Of a DNA stretch of 64,000 bases, positions 56,515-64,000 are shown piece by piece (the stretch's first letter is position 1; each line of letters starts with the position of its first letter). The DNA is from Octopus vulgaris (taxonomy: Eukaryota), in the NCBI GenBank assembly GCA_951406725.2, contig OX597839.1, positions 7,564,001 to 7,628,000 on the forward strand, given 5' to 3'. A model generated the notes under the pieces. It was not told where the DNA came from, made no database searches, and saw nothing but the letters and a program-made list of their open reading frames with translations. The position numbers and the translations under genes were made by a program.

Positions 56515-56975
56515 AATTCAGAAAGGTGCAGGCTGTAATATTTTGGCACCGTGAAAACTCTCTTCAGAGATTGTAGATTGAAACCACGAGTTCAATCGGA
56601 ATAACGTCAGTTTCGACTTGATTTACACTCCTCAGCGTCGAGCATCCCTGGTCATTCGGAGATGAGTCGAAACATTCGCACCGACACAAAATTTCGCTGA
56701 CAAAGGACAAATTCAGACATGATATATAGGCATACATAAATATTCATGAATATATATGCATACACACACACACTCTCACACACGCGCGCACGTGCGCATG
56801 TATGTATGTATTCAAATTATTGTATAGAAGTAACTCATTAATATAACACGAAACTTGTTGGAATAACAGACTAGCAGATTCCATTCAGTTTTGGAAGGCT
56901 TTTCCCACAAGAAAACAGTAACGTTTTGATTATGTGTTATGTATGTTATGTATGTTATATTGTAAATTTGACCTG

Positions 56976-57098
<123 letters not shown>

Positions 57099-57216
57099 AT
57101 CTATCTATATATATATTTATCTATCTATCTATCTATCCGTCTAACTATCTATTTATCTATATATATATATATATATATATATATCTATCTATCTATCTAT
57201 CTATTTATCTATCTAT

Positions 57217-57274
<58 letters not shown>

Positions 57275-57343
57275 ATATGTATGTATATGTATGTATATAT
57301 GTGTGTAAGTGTATATTTATGTATATGCATGAATCTTTGTATA

Positions 57344-57376
<33 letters not shown>

Positions 57377-57522
57377 CAAACTTGTGTGTGCGTGAGCGTG
57401 TATTTTGTATAAATGAAAGTAAATAACGAAATGGAATATAACGAATATAATCTGAGAGTATCAATTTTATTTTAATGAGAAGTAATCATTACTGGATATA
57501 ATTACAGATATACGTATACTCT

Positions 57523-57558
<36 letters not shown>

Positions 57559-57684
57559 CACATATTAATATATATGTGTACGTATACATATATATATATA
57601 TAAGCATATATATGTGTATATAAGTATATATATACACGCACATTAATATGTATATATATGTATGTATGCATATATATATATATA

Positions 57685-57723
<39 letters not shown>

Positions 57724-57767
57724 TTCTGATTGAGAGCAACATCTTCATGTCTATCAACTCACTTATC

Positions 57768-57825
<58 letters not shown>

Positions 57826-58576
57826 TACATGTAAACATTATACTCTGAGCTGTCATTTAGCTTTAAATATTGTTAAATTACTGAGAAGCTAAATTTTCAT
57901 TGCTCTCTCAATGACAGCTGTCAAAATCACACTTTGTCCGTGATATCTTTCTTGAAATATAAGAGAAATACAATAAAGTGGAGAGTCACAATAGTCGCAT
58001 ATTTAGTTTCGACTCTGATTGTCCATCTAACAGAAGAAATATTTTGTTTCTTTCATCTTTTATTTTTTTGTTTCATTGTATTTTGTCTATGCTCCGGGTT
58101 TAAATACAATCTCTCTCACTATGTCTATGAATACGTGTGTGTGTTTGTGTGTGTATTTGAGTGCGTGTGTGTGTGTGTGTCTGTGTCTGTGTGAGTGTGT
58201 GTGTATAGCATGCATATAGACAAAGAAACATACAAACTACACACTGACGTACGCTCAGTCGCACACACTAAAATATACATACACGCATACATAGATATAC
58301 ACACACATATATGTAAATATATATATATATATATATACACATGTATGTATGTCTGTGTGTATGTATGTATATATGTGTATGTATATATATGTATATATAC
58401 ATGTATATATATACATATATATATCCATGTATATACATATATATACATATATATGTATATATATATACATATATTTATATATGTATGTATATATTCATAT
58501 ACATATATATACATATATATATGCATACATATATACACACACACACATATATATGTATATATATATATATATTTAC

Positions 58577-58620
<44 letters not shown>

Positions 58621-59044
58621 GTATGTATATATATTTAGTTAAATATTGATAGTTACGTACATATACGTGTATATGCCCATATGATTATATGAATATAGCG
58701 CAGACTTCTTATCCAAAATAGCCTGATGGTGACCATCCCGTCTTTTTGTATATCAGAAGCCACATGTTTCAATATCTAACATTTTGTTTATAACAAAGGC
58801 AGCATTTGACATATTTACATCGTTATCCGTAGCGACGAACATCTTTTGTCAGAGGTGTATTGAACGGTTCTTCCAGATATATGGACATATGTCTAGATCG
58901 ATGAATCACTATCCAACGTTCTCTTGAGCTTCGTGTATTTGTTTTAGCATACCTCATACATCTCTGTGCTCAAGGTGTCGCACAATGAGACATTTGGAAT
59001 GATGCCTTTGCGAAGCAGACTTATTAAGTACACAGCTGCATATA

Positions 59045-59456
59045 GGCGCAGGAGTGGCTGTGTGGTAAGTAGCTTGCTAACCAACCACATGGTTCCGGGT
59101 TCAGTCCCACTGCGTGGCATCTTGGGCAAGTGTCTTCTGCTATAGCCCCGGGCCGACCAATGCCTTGTGAGTGGATTTGGTAGACGGAAACTGAAAGAAG
59201 CCTGTCGTATATATACATATATATATATGTATGTGTGTGTGTGTGTGTTTGTGTGTCCCCCTAGCATTGCTTGACAACCGATGCTGGTGTGTTTACGTCC
59301 TCGTCACTTAGCGGTTCGGCAAAAGAGACCGATAGAATAAGTACTGGGCTTACAAAGAATAAGTCCCGGGGTCGATTTGCTCGACTAAAGGCGGTGCTCC
59401 AGCATGGCCGCAGTCAAATGACTGAAACAAGTAAAAGAGTAAAAGGGTAAAGAGTA
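59045..59456 (+). mobile_element. SINE family A, full length, least diverged copy
   Basis: GGCGCAGGAGTGGCTGTGTGGTAAG...CAGTCAAATGACTGAAACAAGTAAAAGAG. Confidence 0.92.
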
Positions 59457-59913
59457 TATGTACCTAACTTTGTGTGGATCTGTTTTTATCTTTAAAAGTT
59501 TGATCAACAAAATGGAAACTCTGCTGTTGGCTGGTGCAACATGAAAAACGTTAATTATTATGACGCCTAATATAATGTGTTTATTGCTGTAGTAGTTCTT
59601 GATTTTCTAATCTTTTCATGTTTATGCTTGATACACAAGGTTCCAAATGATCTGGTTTTAATTAGTCTCTTGTAAGTTCCAGGTTTTTCCCGAGATTAAG
59701 TTAGGATTATTAAGGTAATCAAGTTCTTTATTTCAAACCAAACTAAGTAACATCGGCGTCAAATATGGGCGAAATCCATTAAAAATGGTTTATATATATA
59801 TATATATGGGCAACACATACACAAACACACGTACGTACGTACGTACACTTATTGCATACATGTTTTCTGTACGCATACATGTTCGTGTATGTGTGTGTGT
59901 GTGTGTGTGTGTA

Positions 59914-59972
<59 letters not shown>

Positions 59973-60179
59973 TGCTCGTATATCAACAAAAAACATTTTT
60001 ACCTCGATGGAAACAAAAGCAACAAAAGTTTTAACAAAAACTCACTCGTCGCTAGAAGTGGACTTAACTTTGTTTGCAAACAATGGTGATTTCTCCGACT
60101 TGAAAATTGTTAAAAGTTTTGGTTGAAAATTTACTTTTACTGCTATTCGCTGATGCCTCTGGGGAAAAATAAGTTGACG

Positions 60180-60301
60180 AAAATACAGCTAGTGTCATAA
60201 CGAATGTCCTCCTAAAATTGGAGTGACATGCGTGCTAATTGGTAGACGTGCATAAATTACATTCACATACACACACACATCCTGCCTTTTATATATACAG
60301 A
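60180..60301 (-). mobile_element. Possible Helitron 5' end fragment
   Basis: Minus strand starts TCTGTATATATAAAAGGCAGGATGTGTGTG, like the 5' end at 34177. I did not identify a 3' end. Confidence 0.4.
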
Positions 60302-60855
60302 TATATACCTACGCATAGGACATCTGTGAACCAGTGACAAAGAGTTTGAAAATTCAGTACCCAGGATATACTTTGAGCTTCATGCTTTCATTATTTGAGC
60401 AACAGGGAACATACCAACTCGTCTGGAACAAAGTATGGTTGAACTTGGGATCTTGAGGAGAGAATGCAAATACTTAATTCAATGATCACGATATCTGTGA
60501 CCATAAAGATCTGCAAGACATTTTTAAGACTTAAAGGGTGATGGGCAAAACAATATCCCTCTCTTCACAACCTTGCTAGCAAATTGGAGGCCGGTCAAAA
60601 TTTAATCTAAACAACAGCACTAGAGAGCGCAAACCTCCGTCAAGGCAACACCAACGTTCTTCTCAAAGAAGCATATTCTTCAATCTTGTAGACGTGGGCT
60701 TCTAACTTTCCGTTTTCAGAATCACTTATTGAGCTCTAGTTTTCTGAAGCTACTTAAGTTATTGGCAAATTATTTGTCTTGTTTTGGTCAAGTGAAGTAG
60801 ATATCTCCCAAAAATTTGGGTTCTCTACTACGGAAACTAGCAAATGACAAAAGTT

Positions 60856-61054
60856 CCCCCCAACATCGCTTGACAACCGATGCTGGTGTGTTTACGTCTC
60901 CGTAACTTAGCGGTTCGACAAAAGCGACCGATAGAATAAGTAGTAGGCTTACAAAGAATAAGTCCTGGGGGTCGATTTGCTCGACTAAAAGCGGTGCTCC
61001 AGCATGGCCTCAGTCAAATCACTGAAACAAGTAAAAGAGTAAAGAGTAAAGAGT
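60856..61054 (+). mobile_element. SINE family A 3' half
   Basis: CCCCCAACATCGCTTGACAACCGATGCTGG...AGTAAAAGAGTAAAGAG. Confidence 0.88.
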
Positions 61055-61113
61055 ATGTTCATATATATATGTGTATATATACATATACGTATATTACATA
61101 TATATATATATGC

Positions 61114-61144
<31 letters not shown>

Positions 61145-61586
61145 CACACACACACACGCACACATAGACACACAGACACACAGACACACACACACACACA
61201 TATAGGCTTTCACAGACGCACACACTTGGTTTCATTCATACAGACAATTGCGCCCCCACTTCAACACACACATATACGCGTATGCACACATATGCGTACG
61301 TACACTTATACGCATGTACGCATATACACATATACACACCCACAGATATGCTGATAACGTGTGATAACTGGTGTTTAAATTGGATGTAACATATCTCTCT
61401 TCGAGATAGATGTTGGTTTCGTGTTTACAAAAACTTTCCTTCTCCACACTCTCCGGCTTCTAGCTTTCTTTTTTCAACTCCTCTTCTCCTTCACTGCATA
61501 TAAATGTATGTATATATGTATATATATATGTTTTTCTATATATGTATATACGAGTGAGCGAGTGTGCCAGTGTGTAGATACGTGTC

Positions 61587-61688
<102 letters not shown>

Positions 61689-61767
61689 TGTATATATATA
61701 TGTATATATGTATATATATATATATTTATATCTATACATATATATATATATATACATATATACATAC

Positions 61768-61821
<54 letters not shown>

Positions 61822-62637
61822 ATATGTATGCTCATGCATATATGTACATCTGTAAAGTAGCCGATAGCGTAGGAAGTTGATTGATCGACTGGTCGAGGTT
61901 TAGCTGAGATAAAAAAATAATTTTCTCCCTGGGGCAAGTTAATCAACTCTACTGGCGTCCAGAAAGTATTCTACAACGAAAAATTTTGGCTATGCTCTCC
62001 TCTCTTTACCTCAGTGAGGCTAGATGATACGGAGATATCGCCATGTTGGACGAAGTTCTCCGTCACCGTTCTGTATATAAGTTTGAGTGAATGTATACAG
62101 TACCATACACACTCACTCACTCACACACACAGAAACACACACACACACACACACACACGAGCATATACACTCAGATATATCTATACGTATATTATATCTG
62201 TGTGTGTGTTCGTGTGTGAGAGAGTATATGCATATCGCACTCAAGCACACTTATACATATATATACAATAGACATGTAATTATGTATGTATAAATGCCTA
62301 TATATATTTTATAGATACACACACACATATATATTTATACATACACATACATATATATACATTTATATATACGTACATATATATATAAATATATACATAT
62401 ATATATGTATATATATACTTATATATATCCTTGTGCATACATACACACATATGTATATATATACATATATATGTATAAATAAACTTATATATATACTTGT
62501 GTATGCATACACACACACACACATATGTATATATATATATATATATATAATTACATATCCATATATATACCTACTTATTTATATATTTATATATATAAAC
62601 CTGTATATATAGTTATATATATGTGAATGCGTACACA

Positions 62638-62673
<36 letters not shown>

Positions 62674-63332
62674 ATATTGTCCTGTTCTAAATCGTTCGTT
62701 GTAGCCATCATGCCAGTCGTCTGCTTATCGTTGTCATTTTAGTAATATGGACATGGAACGATGTGCCAGTTCTTATTACTGTTTCTACGTTTCACCCAAA
62801 TTCTGTGTGTGAGATTAAAATCTCTTCTGCTTTCAATATATCCCTGCTGCCATACAGACGATAGATGATTATTAGTGAAATATTCTATTAAACTCCTATC
62901 CTGAATTTAGCGGAATAGCTATGCGTTTTCGTCAACTACTTGACAAAGGAATTTATCGCTAAGTTCCTATAACTAGTATGACCCTTAATGGACGTAATGA
63001 AAATCTAGACTGAATCCTCTTTTTATTTTTGAAAGCTGCATAAACCATGAAGTTTTTATTTATTTACCTTTTGTCTCTGGCCTGTTATTTCCTATTTGTT
63101 TCTATCTAGAAATCAAAGAAAATGTCTGCTATTGCCTTCAACCTTTGCTTTTCTCACCTGTGTTGAAACTGCCATGTTTTTACATTACGTTTCAGACAGA
63201 TCTACGGCTGAGGTGCTGGATTTCAGAAATATTGTTCTAGCAAATATTCTGTTCAAGACCACAGATTTGCTTGTCGGTTGCTCGACCTCAACCACTTGTG
63301 CATGTCCCTTAGTGGCTGACATATACATACAT

Positions 63333-63444
<112 letters not shown>

Positions 63445-63543
63445 ATTACCGTAAAATATACCCTAAATGGTTCTTTTACATACTGAACACTGCTTGGTAA
63501 AATTATTAATTACTAATTAATTAATTTTACCCTTATTATTATT

Positions 63544-63603
<60 letters not shown>

Positions 63604-64000
63604 TTACAATACATATATATAATATGCGCATCTCAAATTATGATCAGGAATATAAGGGAAGCATCATAGCCATGTGTTGAGAGAGATTCTTTGGGGTTTG
63701 AATAAATATAACAAAAGCAAATTTCGAATGTAATATTAGACAACTTCCATAATTCCTAGGGGAAAACAGATAGGAAATAACAGTTGCAACCCAAGGACAA
63801 AAATCATGTTACAGAGTATATTATTAGTGTCGTGAAGTTGCTGACATTTGAAGCTGGAGAGGTGCTTCTGAAATGTTCAACATCTGCTGTCGTTATTCTC
63901 ATAAAGTTTGGAGAATATTTTATGGTTTATATGGCTTATATCAAGTGTACTTTGAGGAACTTTTCAGCATTCAGTTCAGGAATGCTTTATAATATATCTG

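Noticed and set aside
59045-59120. tRNA-like sequences with A and B boxes
   Set aside because: They are SINE heads continuing into repeat bodies, with no full cloverleaf.
60610-60650. AACAACAGCACTAGAGAGCGCAAACCTCCGTCAAGG resembling a Helentron-like terminus
   Set aside because: Only a short end recognised from memory, with no partner end; too weak to annotate.

Overview
Very AT-rich, microsatellite-saturated animal DNA, intergenic or intronic. The SINE repertoire and the (TA)n/(TACA)n/(TAGA)n/(AAT)n density suggest an octopus or other coleoid cephalopod, but this is an inference from recall. I found no intact protein-coding gene, and nearly all listed ORFs are translations of simple repeats. 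Recognisable content: several tRNA-derived SINE families in many copies, a decayed mariner transposase, RTE-like, CR1-group and probable R4/Dong LINE fragments, a complete non-autonomous Helitron, and several MITEs (one with an 8-bp TSD and internal (CCCTAA)7). The most interesting signal is a set of about ten short non-coding inserts, mostly embedded in (TA)n tracts. They carry minimal type-I hammerhead-ribozyme-like cores (CTGANGA...GAAA, short palindromic stem III) and/or fold-back inverted arms, consistent with several families of Penelope-like pseudo-LTR or retrozyme-like elements. All folds and alignments were done by eye, and element boundaries are approximate.
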